A stretch of DNA of 64,000 nucleotides from Candidatus Dormiibacterota bacterium (GCA_963777285.1 CAVZPR010000001.1:589039-653038), one strand, 5' to 3'; counted from the stretch's first letter, positions 46,826 through 56,368 are shown. The notes: generated by a model from the sequence alone, not told the origin. A program made the numbers and translations.

Positions 46826-49459
46826 ATGGCGCCCCACCTCGCCGCGGGCGCGCATCCGTCGGCGACCGCGACCATCGCCATCGAAGACGCCGGGGACACT
46901 CCAATCCTTCGCGAGTACCGCGCGGTCAAGGAGCAGCACCCGGACGCGATCCTGATGGCGCGCCTGGGCGATTTCTTCGAGATGTTCGGCAACGACGCGG
47001 AAGCGGCGGCGCCGCTCCTCGGCGTCACCCTGACCGGCAGGCGCTTCGGCAACGCCGGGCGGTTGCCGATGTGCGGCGTGCCGTACCAGGCGGCACCGCA
47101 ATACATCCGGCGCCTCCTCGGCGCGGGGCATCGCGTCGCCCTGTGGGACCAGGTGGGCGACGTCGTCGACGGACGCCTGGTGCGGCGAGAGGTCACGCGC
47201 GTGCTCAGCGCCGGCACGGCGGTCGATGGCGAGTTCCTGGATCCCGTCACGATCTCGCGCTGCGTCGCGCTCGCCACCGGCGCCGCACAGCGCGTGGGCA
47301 TCGCCGCACTCGACGCCAGCACCGGTGAGCTCCGCGTCCTGGAGGTGGAGGGCGGTGTGGATTCGGCGGCCTGTCTGGAGGAGCTGCTCCGGCTGGACGT
47401 GGGGGAGCTCATCTTCGCCGACGGCCAGGCCGAGCCGCCACCCACGTTGCTGCCAGGCGTGGCCAGAACCCGCTTGGCCGATTCGCTCTTCGACCCGGGG
47501 CGAGCCGCAGACAGGCTGCGCAGCGCCACGGGCGGGTCGCTCGCGGTGCTCGATCTCGAGGACCTGCCGCTGGCGACGCGCGCTGCCGGTGCCGTCCTGG
47601 CGTACTGCGAGCGGGCACGCGTGAGCATCGCTCCGGAGCTGCTGCGCGTGGCCGTGCAGCATCCCGGCGCCACGATGCGCCTCGACGCTCAGACGCGGCG
47701 CAACCTCGAGCTGTTCGCGCCGCTCGGGGATGCGGGCATGTCGCTCTATGCCCTGCTCGACCGCACCCAGACGCCGATGGGTGCACGGCTGCTGCGCTCC
47801 TGGCTGCAGGCGCCGCTGCTCGACGCCGCCGCCATCGACGTGCGTGCCGGCGGCGTCGAGGCGCTGGTGCGCGACCGTGCCTCGCTGAGAGCGCTGACCA
47901 CCGCGCTTGGCGCAGCGCGCGACCTGGAGCGGTTGGCGGCGCGCGCCGTGCAGGGCACCGCCTCGCCGCGCGACCTGGCGGGGATCCGCGAGACCTGCGC
48001 GGGTCTCGAGGGCGTGCGCCGAGCCGTCGCGTCGATCACGGCGCCGGGCGTGGCCGAGGCCGCTGCCGGGTGCACCGCGCCGGAGGCACTGCTGCGCCGC
48101 CTGCACGAGGAGCTGGCCGAGGACCCACCGGCCGGCCGCGCCGAAGGAGGCGCCATCCGTCCCGGCGCGGACGCGGAGCTCGATGCGCTCCGGGCCGCGG
48201 GTGCCGACGCACGCACGTATCTGACGATGTTGGAGGAAACCGAGCGAAGCCGTACGGGCATCCGTGGTCTGCGTGTCGGCTACAACCGCGTTTTCGGCTA
48301 CTACATCGAGGTGCCCAGCTCGCAGCAGTCGCACGCTCCCCCGGAGTACGTGCGCAAGCAGACCCTCGCCGCCGCGGAGCGATACGTGACCGCCGAGTTG
48401 AAGGAGCATGAGAACGTCGTCCTCAACGCCCGCGAGCGCGCCGTGGCTCGCGAGGGCGAGCTGCTCGCAGCGCTCTGTGCCGCGGTGGCCGATCAGGCCG
48501 CACAGCTGATGACCGCGGCAACGGCGCTGGCCACCCTGGACGCTCTGCAGTCCCTCGCCCGGGTCGCCGGCGAGGACGGCTGGGTGCGCCCCGCGGTCGA
48601 CGCATCAGAGGTGGTGGACGTCGAAGCAGGCCGGCACCCATTGGTGGCACGCGCGTTGGGCCCGGGACGATTCGTGGCCAACGACTGCAGCCTCGACGCC
48701 GCGGAACGGATCGTCGTGCTCACCGGGCCCAACATGGCGGGCAAGTCCACGTACCTCCGTCAGGTTGCGGTCATCGTCCTGCTGGCGCAGATCGGATCGT
48801 TCGTGCCCGCGGCGCGCGCGCGGATCGGGCTGTGCGACCGCATCTTCACGCGCCTCGGCGCACACGACGACCTGAGCGGCGGCATGTCGACGTTCATGGT
48901 CGAGATGTCGGAGACGGCCGCGATTCTGCGCCAGGCGACGCGGCGCAGCCTGGTCATCCTCGACGAGATCGGCCGGGGCACGTCCACGTATGACGGTCTG
49001 AGCATCGCCCAGGCGGTCATCGAGCACCTGCACGATGCGCCGCATCTCGACTGCCGCACCGTCTTCGCCACGCACTACCACGAGCTCACGGCGCTGGCGT
49101 CGACCCTGGCCCGGGTGCGCAACGCACGCCTCGAGGTGGTGGAGGAGGGTGACCGCGTCACGTTCCTGCACCGCATCGTGCCCGGAGGCGCCGACCGCTC
49201 CTACGGCATCCACGTGGCCAAGCTCGCGGGCGTTCCCGCCGGCGTGCTCGCGCGAGCCCGCGCCATCCTCGACGGCCTGGAGCGCTCCCGGCCCCTCGCC
49301 GACCGTGCCGAGGACGCCGTTCCAGGTCAGCTGACGCTCGCGATCCCGGCGCCGGCGCACCCCGTCGTGAGCGAGCTGGCGGAGCTGGACATCGAAACCC
49401 TCTCGCCTCTGGCGGCGCTCAACAAGCTGGCCGAGCTGCGGCAGCGGGCGGCGAGGTGA
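46826..49459 (+). CDS. mutS: DNA mismatch repair protein MutS
   Basis: TPILREYRAVKEQHPDAILMARLGDFFEMF, GPNMAGKSTYLRQ, DEIGRGTSTYDG, HVA. Confidence 0.96.
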   Translation: MAPHLAAGAHPSATATIAIEDAGDTPILREYRAVKEQHPDAILMARLGDFFEMFGNDAEAAAPLLGVTLTGRRFGNAGRLPMCGVPYQAAPQYIRRLLGAGHRVALWDQVGDVVDGRLVRREVTRVLSAGTAVDGEFLDPVTISRCVALATGAAQRVGIAALDASTGELRVLEVEGGVDSAACLEELLRLDVGELIFADGQAEPPPTLLPGVARTRLADSLFDPGRAADRLRSATGGSLAVLDLEDLPLATRAAGAVLAYCERARVSIAPELLRVAVQHPGATMRLDAQTRRNLELFAPLGDAGMSLYALLDRTQTPMGARLLRSWLQAPLLDAAAIDVRAGGVEALVRDRASLRALTTALGAARDLERLAARAVQGTASPRDLAGIRETCAGLEGVRRAVASITAPGVAEAAAGCTAPEALLRRLHEELAEDPPAGRAEGGAIRPGADAELDALRAAGADARTYLTMLEETERSRTGIRGLRVGYNRVFGYYIEVPSSQQSHAPPEYVRKQTLAAAERYVTAELKEHENVVLNARERAVAREGELLAALCAAVADQAAQLMTAATALATLDALQSLARVAGEDGWVRPAVDASEVVDVEAGRHPLVARALGPGRFVANDCSLDAAERIVVLTGPNMAGKSTYLRQVAVIVLLAQIGSFVPAARARIGLCDRIFTRLGAHDDLSGGMSTFMVEMSETAAILRQATRRSLVILDEIGRGTSTYDGLSIAQAVIEHLHDAPHLDCRTVFATHYHELTALASTLARVRNARLEVVEEGDRVTFLHRIVPGGADRSYGIHVAKLAGVPAGVLARARAILDGLERSRPLADRAEDAVPGQLTLAIPAPAHPVVSELAELDIETLSPLAALNKLAELRQRAAR

Positions 49460-51222
49460 TCACCGCCGCTCGCATCCAGCGGCTGCCCCAGGTGCTCGCC
49501 GACGCCATCGCCGCCGGCGAGGTCATCGAGCGTCCCGCGTCGGTGGTCAAGGAGCTGGTGGAGAACGCGCTCGACGCGGGGGCACGCCGCGTCGACGTCG
49601 ACGTGGACGGGGGCGGGCTGGTGCGCATCCAGGTTGTGGACGACGGTGGCGGGATCTCGAGCGATGACCTCGAGCTTGCGGTCACGCGCCACGCCACGTC
49701 GAAGATCGCCTCGAGCGACGACCTGGCGGCGATACGCACCCTAGGCTTCCGCGGCGAAGCGCTGGCCAGCGTGGCGGCGGTGTCAGACCTGCGCATCGTG
49801 TCGCGCACCGTCGCCGACGAGGACGCGCACAGCATCCGGGTGCGCGGCGGAGAGGTGCTGGAGCGGTCGAGCGCGGCGGCGGGGCCGGGCACGTGTGTGG
49901 AGGTGTGCGAGCTCTTTGCAGCCACGCCTGCCCGGCTGCGCTTCCTGCGTGCCACCGCCACCGAGGCCGCGGCCGCGGTGCGCGTCGCGGCGGACCTCGC
50001 GCTGAGCCGCCCCGAGATCGCGCTCACGTGCCACACGGACGGGCGCACCACGCTGCGCTCGCCGGGTGGAACGCTGCGCGACGCGCTGGCTGCGGTGTTC
50101 GGCGCCCGCACCGAGCGCGACCTGGTGGACGTGCACGCAGCCGGCGAACTCGCGGTGGCGGGCGCGATCAGCGCACCGCACGCGCACCGCGCCGCGAGGT
50201 CGGGGATCGTCCTCGTGGTCAACGGCCGCCGCGTCCACAACCGCTCGCTGACAGTCGCGGTGGAGGAGGCGTACCGGGGTCTCCTGCCGCAGGGACGCCA
50301 TCCCTTCGGTGTCATCGCGCTGTCGCTCGATCTGGCCAGTATTGACGTAAACGTGCACCCGACCAAGCGCGAGGTGCGCTTCCGCGACGAGCGCGCCGTG
50401 TTCGCTGCGGTGCAGCGCGCCTGCTGGGAGGCCGTGCGGGCCGCACCCGTGGCATCGTTCCCCGTCCTGGCGACGCGCGGCTGGCTGCAGGCGCCGGCGC
50501 CGCGCGGGCTGAGCCTGGCGGACCGCGAGGACGAGCCGCTGCCGCCTCACGCCCGGGAGGACGATGGCGACGGCGAGGCCGAACGATCGCTGCCGGGTCA
50601 GGCCTCGCCCCCGGCCGGGTCGAGCCTCACCCTGCCCGACCTGGCGCCGCTCCGCGCCCTGGGGCAGAGCGACGCCTCCTGGATGGTGGCCAGCGGCGGC
50701 GGTTCCGTGGTCCTGGTCGACCCGCACGCGGCGCACGAGAAAGTGCTGTACACGGAGATCCTGCAGGCCTGGGCGTCGCCCGCGGCCGCTGACACCCAGC
50801 TCCTCCTGGTGCCCGCGCTCGTGGAATGCGACGCGCGGCGCATGGACACCTGGGAGCGGCACGCCGGTCTCCTGGCCGGCTGCGGGTTCGAGGTGGAGCA
50901 GTTCGGTCCGTCGCTGCTGCGCTGCACCGGGGTGCCGTCGCTGGGCGGCCCCGCAGACGCGGCGGCGGTCGTCGCCGATCTTCTCGACGCGCTGGCGGAC
51001 GGTGACGCGACGGTGGACGGACGCAGCCATCGCATGGCCGCCGTAGTCGCCTGCCACAGCGCCGTGCGATTCGGTGACCGCCTCGACCCCGCCGCACAGC
51101 AGCGGCTGCTCGACCGCCTGGTGGCCACCCCGGGCGGCATGACGTGCCCGCACGGGCGTCCCACGGTGCTCGTGCTCGGCGACGCCGACCTGCGGAGGGC
51201 GTTCAGGCGGCCGCTCGGGTGA
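49456..51222 (+). CDS. mutL: DNA mismatch repair protein MutL
   Basis: IQRLPQVLADAIAAGEVIERPASVVKELVENALDAG, GFRGEAL, CPHGRP. Confidence 0.95.
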   Translation: MITAARIQRLPQVLADAIAAGEVIERPASVVKELVENALDAGARRVDVDVDGGGLVRIQVVDDGGGISSDDLELAVTRHATSKIASSDDLAAIRTLGFRGEALASVAAVSDLRIVSRTVADEDAHSIRVRGGEVLERSSAAAGPGTCVEVCELFAATPARLRFLRATATEAAAAVRVAADLALSRPEIALTCHTDGRTTLRSPGGTLRDALAAVFGARTERDLVDVHAAGELAVAGAISAPHAHRAARSGIVLVVNGRRVHNRSLTVAVEEAYRGLLPQGRHPFGVIALSLDLASIDVNVHPTKREVRFRDERAVFAAVQRACWEAVRAAPVASFPVLATRGWLQAPAPRGLSLADREDEPLPPHAREDDGDGEAERSLPGQASPPAGSSLTLPDLAPLRALGQSDASWMVASGGGSVVLVDPHAAHEKVLYTEILQAWASPAAADTQLLLVPALVECDARRMDTWERHAGLLAGCGFEVEQFGPSLLRCTGVPSLGGPADAAAVVADLLDALADGDATVDGRSHRMAAVVACHSAVRFGDRLDPAAQQRLLDRLVATPGGMTCPHGRPTVLVLGDADLRRAFRRPLG

Positions 51223-52133
51223 CCGAGCCGCTGATCGCGATCGTCGGCCCCACCTGCACCGGCAAGACCGCGGCCGCCGTGGCGCTGGCGCGCAGCCTGG
51301 GCCGAGCCGAGCTGATCAACGCCGATTCGCGCCAGGTGCGACGCGGGCTGCACGTGGGCACCTGCGCCCCGACGGAGCGCGAGCTGCAGGGGGTGCGCTG
51401 CCACCTCACCGGCGTCGCCGCGCCGGGAACGCCCTACTCCGTCGCCGACTGGCTGGCCGCGGCCCGAGGCGTCCTGGCGGACACCGCCGCTCGGAGTGCG
51501 CGGCCGATCCTCGTCGGCGGCACCGGGCTCTATGTTTCCGCGCTGGTCGACGGGTTCGAGCTCGGCGGTGCACCGGACCCGGCTGCGCGCCGGCGGCGCG
51601 AGGTCCAGGCGGCGACGGCGCCGGGGCGCGAGGCGCTGGTGGCGGAGCTGGTGCGACGCGACCCGGAGGCCGCGGTCCAGGTCGACGTCCGCAACCCGCG
51701 CCGGGTGACCCGCGCCCTCGAGGTGCTCGACGCGTCGGGTTCGCTGACGGCCATGCGCCGCCGCGGCGCCGCTGTGCCTTCCGTACTGGTGGGGCTGGAC
51801 CTGCCCGCGGCCGTGCATCGCGGCTGGATCGAGCGGCGCACGGCCGCGATGTTCGAAGGCCCGCTCCAGGACGAGGTGCGAGGCGCGCTCGGCGCTGGGG
51901 TCGAGGCGGCGGCCCTCGCGGCTTGCGGCATCGGGTATTCGGAGGCGATCGCGGTCGTTGCGGGCCGCATGGGTGTCGCAGACGCGATCGCCACCGTGGT
52001 GGCACGGACGGTGCGCTACGCCAGAGCCCAGCGGACGTGGTTCCGCCGCGACCGCCGCGTCCAGTGGCTGGGCGCCGACGAGGGTTCACCCAGCGAGCTC
52101 ACGGCGCGAATCCGGGGCGCCGCCGGCGTCTGA
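51219..52133 (+). CDS. miaA: tRNA dimethylallyltransferase
   Basis: GTGA overlap with mutL. IVGPTCTGKTA, INADSRQV, LVGGTGLY. Confidence 0.92.
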   Translation: MTEPLIAIVGPTCTGKTAAAVALARSLGRAELINADSRQVRRGLHVGTCAPTERELQGVRCHLTGVAAPGTPYSVADWLAAARGVLADTAARSARPILVGGTGLYVSALVDGFELGGAPDPAARRRREVQAATAPGREALVAELVRRDPEAAVQVDVRNPRRVTRALEVLDASGSLTAMRRRGAAVPSVLVGLDLPAAVHRGWIERRTAAMFEGPLQDEVRGALGAGVEAAALAACGIGYSEAIAVVAGRMGVADAIATVVARTVRYARAQRTWFRRDRRVQWLGADEGSPSELTARIRGAAGV

Positions 52134-52176
52134 GCGGCACAGTCCGGCGGCCCCGACGATTGCAGTCGTCGCGGGG

Positions 52177-52215
52177 GAACAAACGTTTGCACATTTGCTC
52201 CAGCCGTGTTACAGT
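52177..52215 (+). promoter_or_regulatory. lexA promoter with LexA box (autoregulation)
   Basis: GAAC-AAAC-GTTT at 52177-52188 (one mismatch) overlaps -35 TTGCAC (52187-52192). 17-nt spacer, then -10 TACAGT (52210-52215), the same -10 hexamer as the recA distal promoter. Confidence 0.55.
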
Positions 52216-52250
52216 CCCCAGCACCCACTCGGTTGGAGGAAAACCATCCA

Positions 52251-52895
52251 ATGCCGAACACTCTGAACGCACGTCAGCGGCAGATCCTCGACTTCCTTCG
52301 CAGCCACGCCCGGGAGCACGCCTACCCGCCCACGGTGCGGGAGATCGGCCAGGCGGTGGGGTTGAGCTCCTCGTCGACCGTGCAAAACCACCTGAACACG
52401 CTGGAGACGCGTGGCTACATCCGCCGCGACCCCTCCAAGTCCCGCACCGTCGAGATCGTCGAGCAGGATGCGGTGGCGGCGGCCCCGCGGCGGGACAACA
52501 TCATCCATCTGCCGCTCGTCGGCCGGGTGGCGGCCGGCACGCCCGTGCTCGCGACGCAGAACATCGAGGACACGCTGGCGGTGGGTCCCGAGATCGCCGG
52601 GGGCGACGACGCGTACGCGCTCACCGTGCACGGCGACAGCATGATCGGCGCCGGCATCAACGACGGCGACATCGTGGTGGTCAAGCCACGGCGGGACGCG
52701 CCCGCCAACGGCACGATCGTGGTGGCACGGGTGGAGAACGACACCACGGGTGAGAGCGAGGTCACCGTCAAGCGCTTTTTCCGCGAATCCGACCGGGTGC
52801 GCCTGCAGCCGGAGAACCCGAGCCTGCAGCCGATCTACTCGCGCGACCTGCAGCTCGAAGGCGTGGTCACGGCGGTCATCCGCATCCTGGCGTAG
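52251..52895 (+). CDS. lexA: SOS repressor LexA
   Basis: LNARQRQILDFL, PPTVREIGQAVGLSSSSTVQNHL, cleavage/peptidase S24 domain (VAAG, GDSM, DGD.VVV, KRF). Confidence 0.96.
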   Translation: MPNTLNARQRQILDFLRSHAREHAYPPTVREIGQAVGLSSSSTVQNHLNTLETRGYIRRDPSKSRTVEIVEQDAVAAAPRRDNIIHLPLVGRVAAGTPVLATQNIEDTLAVGPEIAGGDDAYALTVHGDSMIGAGINDGDIVVVKPRRDAPANGTIVVARVENDTTGESEVTVKRFFRESDRVRLQPENPSLQPIYSRDLQLEGVVTAVIRILA

Positions 52896-52909
52896 CGGCG
52901 AGCGGGGCG

Positions 52910-53428
52910 TCAGCCCACCGCGGCGACGGCGGGCTCGACGTAGCGCGGCAGCGAGCCGAGGTAGGCGTCGAGCGCGGCGGCCAGCTCGGGCGTGGCCAGC
53001 CCGTGCACGGTGACCCTGGTGCCGCCCTCGTCATCGTCGGAGACGGCGCTGATGGCCAGATCCGGCCGGTGGTCGAGCAGGATCGGGATCGCGGGCAGCA
53101 GCGCCACCGGAAGCAGCGCGATGAAGACGACCGAGATGGCCGTGAGGATGAGGACGGCCAGCACGATCACGATCCCCAGCAGCACCGCGACGTCTCCGCC
53201 GTAGCGGTTGCGTTTCTGCGGCCTGAGGATGAGGTAGTTGGTGCCTCGTTCCGCGACGGAGATGCCGGGGAGGCGGCGCTCGGCGAACTCGCGGAGCACG
53301 TCCGCCGCCGGGCGGCTGGTCCGCAGCGAGAACTGGTACGAGCGCGCGAGTCGGCGTGCTCGCCGACCTGGAATCTGCACCACCGGCAGTTGTACCGCGT
53401 CGCGCGGGGGTTCTGCCAGATTCGCCAC
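52910..53428 (-). CDS. Hypothetical membrane protein (one or two TM segments)
   Basis: C-terminal part of ORF 52910..54235. Hydrophobic stretch VAVLLGIVIVLAVLILTAISVVFIALLPVALLPAIPILL. GTG at 53428 is the most upstream plausible start. No recognisable family. Confidence 0.4.
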   Translation of the reverse strand: MANLAEPPRDAVQLPVVQIPGRRARRLARSYQFSLRTSRPAADVLREFAERRLPGISVAERGTNYLILRPQKRNRYGGDVAVLLGIVIVLAVLILTAISVVFIALLPVALLPAIPILLDHRPDLAISAVSDDDEGGTRVTVHGLATPELAAALDAYLGSLPRYVEPAVAAVG

Positions 53429-53494
53429 CGATCGTGACGCGCGCGTCCAGCAGGGCCCTGGAGCCGCGGCGACACATGCGCTAGGGTTCTGTGA

Positions 53495-54433
53495 ATGGGG
53501 CTCCCCCCGCCCGCCGCGTTCAACCCGGATCCCGTCCTGGTGGCGGCGGTGTGCCTCACCGGAGCGCTCGGGGGCGGCCTCCTGGCGGCGCGCCGGCACG
53601 CGGAGCGCCTCCGGGGTCGCTGGCTGGCGCTGGCCGCGGCGCTGCTGCTCCTCGTGGGCGTGTGGCTGTCGCCGCTGGGCACCGACGCGCAGCACTATCT
53701 GCTGACGGCGCACCTGCTGCAGATCACGATCCTCATGGGCGCCGTGCCGCCGCTGCTGCTCGTGGCCCTGCCCCGACAGAGCCCTGTGCAGCCACCGTCC
53801 GCGGTGCGCGCCATCCTGCGCGCGGTGACGCACCCGGTTTTCGCCATTCTGGCTGTGAACGCGGCGTTCTTCGGCTGGCACACCACGGCGGCGTACGGAG
53901 CGGCGATGCAGTCCGGCTGGCTGTATGGCCTGGAGCAGCTCACGTTGCTGCTGACATCGATCTGCTTCTGGTGGCCGATCGTCTCGCCGTTCTCGCCGCC
54001 GCTGCGTCCCATGAGCCCGCTGCTCAAGATGGGCTACATCCTGCTGGCGACGATCCCGCAGACCTTTGGCGGCCTGGTGGTGGCGCTGGCACACCACCTC
54101 CTCTTTCCCGTGTACGCCGCGGCGCCACGCCTGCTCGGCCTCGACCCGCTGACGGACCAGCAGATCGCGGGGGCGTCGATCGCCCTGGTGAGCAAGATCG
54201 CGCTGTTCGCGGCCTTCATCGTCATCTTCATGCACGCGCTTGGAAGCGAGAGCGCGGAGAGCGACGACGGCGGTGGCGACGGGGGCATCCGACCGGTGAT
54301 CGAGCCACAGCCGCTGCCTTCGGGCACGCCACGCTGGCTGATCGACGTGGCCCGCGACCGCACCGTCGCGGAACCTCCCGCTCGCAGGCCGCGGGTCAGG
54401 GTGCCGGCAGGGTCAGGATCTGACCGGGGCTGA
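53495..54433 (+). CDS. ctaG: Cytochrome c oxidase assembly factor CtaG (caa3 type, COG3336-like)
   Basis: Polytopic. HLLQITILMGAVPPLLL, FFGWH, CFWWPIVSP, LATIPQTFGG, LTDQQIAG. Confidence 0.75.
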   Translation: MGLPPPAAFNPDPVLVAAVCLTGALGGGLLAARRHAERLRGRWLALAAALLLLVGVWLSPLGTDAQHYLLTAHLLQITILMGAVPPLLLVALPRQSPVQPPSAVRAILRAVTHPVFAILAVNAAFFGWHTTAAYGAAMQSGWLYGLEQLTLLLTSICFWWPIVSPFSPPLRPMSPLLKMGYILLATIPQTFGGLVVALAHHLLFPVYAAAPRLLGLDPLTDQQIAGASIALVSKIALFAAFIVIFMHALGSESAESDDGGGDGGIRPVIEPQPLPSGTPRWLIDVARDRTVAEPPARRPRVRVPAGSGSDRG

Positions 54434-54734
54434 TCAGCCCGCCGTGGAGGTGGTTCGCCGCCTCGACCTCGGCGACGCGCTGCTGGATGTCGTCGCCCGG
54501 GTAGTGGGCGCGAGTGATGCCCCAGATGGTGTCGCCGGCGTGGACGACGATGTGCTGCACGCCGTTCGACGAGCCGCCGTAGGCGACGCCTCCGAGCAGG
54601 AGCAGCGCGCTCACGGCGACACCGGCGGCTGCCGCCCAGGCGCGAGGGCGCCGGCCCAGGGGAGCGCGACGGTGGTAGCGGTGCGGCGCTCCGGCGTCCC
54701 GAACCAGCGTTCCTGCACCGAACACATGTTCCAT
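54396..54734 (-). CDS. Small TM + LysM protein, YneA-like SOS-regulated candidate division inhibitor
   Basis: 112 aa. Single TM (AAAAGVAVSALLLLGGVAY) then a LysM domain (VVHAGDTIWGITRAHY ... LISPGQILTLP). Three perfect LexA boxes lie at its 5' end. Confidence 0.8.
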   Translation of the reverse strand: MEHVFGAGTLVRDAGAPHRYHRRAPLGRRPRAWAAAAGVAVSALLLLGGVAYGGSSNGVQHIVVHAGDTIWGITRAHYPGDDIQQRVAEVEAANHLHGGLISPGQILTLPAP

Positions 54735-54771
54735 GGAAGCGACGGTAGCAGGGAACGTATGTTCGAGTCAA
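54701..54771 (-). promoter_or_regulatory. Triple LexA operator and promoter of the LysM gene
   Basis: Perfect GAAC-N4-GTTC at 54701-54712, 54720-54731 and 54753-54764. Minus-strand -35 TTGACT (54771-54766). The third box fills the spacer. A weak -10 (TACCGT) ends 7 nt before the ATG, so the mRNA may be leaderless. Confidence 0.7.
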
Positions 54772-54780
54772 GCGTCCGTC

Positions 54781-55245
54781 GTGGCTGACCGGGGGGTCCG
54801 CGTCCGCGTCGCGGTCTGCCTCTGCGACGGCGAGCGGATCCTGCTGGTGCAGCACGAGAAGCACGGGCGCCGCTACTGGCTGATCCCCGGCGGCGGCGTG
54901 GAGCGGGGCGAGACCCTGCTGCAGGCGGCGGCGCGGGAGGTGGAGGAGGAGACCGGGCTTCGGGCCAGCGTGGGCCGCCTGGTGCTCCTCTGCGAGGCGA
55001 TCGAGCCCCAGGGCCGCCACATCGTCAACCTCTTCTTCGCGGGGGAGGTGTCGGACGGCACCCTGCGGGTCGGCGATGACACGGCGCTGCGAGACGCGCG
55101 CTGGCAGCCGCGGAGCGCCCTGCGCAGCCTCGAGATGTACCCGCCGGTGGGTGCCGAGCTCGACGAGTGCTGGGCCGAGGGATTCGCCGGGCCGGTCCGC
55201 TACCTCGGCAACGTCTGGCGCGCTGCCGCGCCGGTGGAGCCCTGA
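54781..55245 (+). CDS. NUDIX hydrolase
   Basis: Nudix box GGGVERGETLLQAAAREVEEETGL. Start GTG 54781 preferred over ATG 54733. Confidence 0.85.
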   Translation: MADRGVRVRVAVCLCDGERILLVQHEKHGRRYWLIPGGGVERGETLLQAAAREVEEETGLRASVGRLVLLCEAIEPQGRHIVNLFFAGEVSDGTLRVGDDTALRDARWQPRSALRSLEMYPPVGAELDECWAEGFAGPVRYLGNVWRAAAPVEP

Positions 55246-55252
55246 CCGGCAC

Positions 55253-56305
55253 TCAAGCCGGAGCGGCCGCCACCTTTTCGAGATACTCGCCGAGGCGGCG
55301 GTAGGCGTCGCGCTTGCGCCGGTCGGTGATCTCGGTGTAGACGCGGAGCGTCTCCAGGGTGGCGTGCCCGAGCACCTCCTGCACCAGGCGCACGTCTCCG
55401 TCGGTCGCCTCGAGCAGCGTGGTCGCGGCCGTGTGCCGGGCGACGTGCGGGCTGCGCAAACCGCGGACCAGCTCGTGGGTCGCCGGATCCCCGCCGAGGC
55501 GGCGGCGCAGCGACGCCAGCGCCCGGCGCGCGCCGTCCGGGGTCAGCCGGTTGCCGGCCACCGCCCGGCCGCGGTGCAGATCGGCGCGCGCAACGCTGAT
55601 GAAGAGCGCGTCGCTGTCGTCGGCGCCGCGGGCCGACAGGTATTCGCGCACCGCCGCCAGCGCGGCGTCGGTGCAGTACACGGTGCGGTGCTTGCCACCC
55701 TTGCCCAGCACACGAAATCCCTCGGCGCGCACGTCACCGCGGTCCAGGGCGCAGGCCTCAGAGATGCGGCAGCCGGTGCTGAGCAGGAAGTGCACCAGGG
55801 CACGGTCGCGGAGGTCACGGAGGCCCGCTCCCGGCAGCGCAGCCAGCAGGCGGGGCACGTCTGCTGTGGGGATCGGATGCGGATCGCCCAGCACGTAGCG
55901 GGGCACCGTCACCTGCCGGCTCAGCTCAGGCGCGATCCAGCCCTCGTCGTACGCGTAGGCGAGAAAGCGGCGCAGCGCCACCAGCGCCCGGGCGCGCGTG
56001 CGAGGGTGCGGCAGCACCTCGGCGAGCTCGATCTGGTAGCGGCGCAGCGTGGCCCGGTCGACGCCGGCGCAGAACCGCTCGGCGAGGGGCCGGGTGCGCA
56101 TGTATGCGACAAACTTGGCCAGATCCTGGCGGTATGCGCGGGCTGTGGTGGCAGGCCGGTTGCGCTGCACGCGCAGCCAGTCGAGGAACTGCTCGACCTC
56201 CTCAGGCAGATCGTCACGGGGTCCGGGGACGCTGTGCGCCCAGCGGGGCACGCGGCGCTGGTGCGGAGCGGTGCGGCGCCGCGGTGGCACGCCACGGGTG
56301 GCCAT
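55253..56305 (-). CDS. Tyrosine site-specific recombinase (XerC/XerD-like integrase)
   Basis: N-terminal SAM-like core-binding domain (FLDWLRVQRNRPATTARAYRQDL). Catalytic R...HxxR...Y (STGCRISEA, RHTAATTLL, LGHATLETLRVYT). Start is ATG 56305 or upstream at 56353. Confidence 0.85.
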   Translation of the reverse strand: MATRGVPPRRRTAPHQRRVPRWAHSVPGPRDDLPEEVEQFLDWLRVQRNRPATTARAYRQDLAKFVAYMRTRPLAERFCAGVDRATLRRYQIELAEVLPHPRTRARALVALRRFLAYAYDEGWIAPELSRQVTVPRYVLGDPHPIPTADVPRLLAALPGAGLRDLRDRALVHFLLSTGCRISEACALDRGDVRAEGFRVLGKGGKHRTVYCTDAALAAVREYLSARGADDSDALFISVARADLHRGRAVAGNRLTPDGARRALASLRRRLGGDPATHELVRGLRSPHVARHTAATTLLEATDGDVRLVQEVLGHATLETLRVYTEITDRRKRDAYRRLGEYLEKVAAAPA

Positions 56306-56368
56306 GCGCGCATTATCGGCGCGGCTGCGCGCAGCGCACGGGTTTGCGCGCACCGCAGCGCCGCGCGC

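Noticed and set aside
54733-54780. ATG 54733 as the Nudix start, sharing the CCATGG with the divergent LysM ATG.
   Set aside because: It would place the start inside the LysM promoter/operator region with no SD. The Nudix fold begins near 54790, so GTG 54781 is preferred. It cannot be fully excluded.
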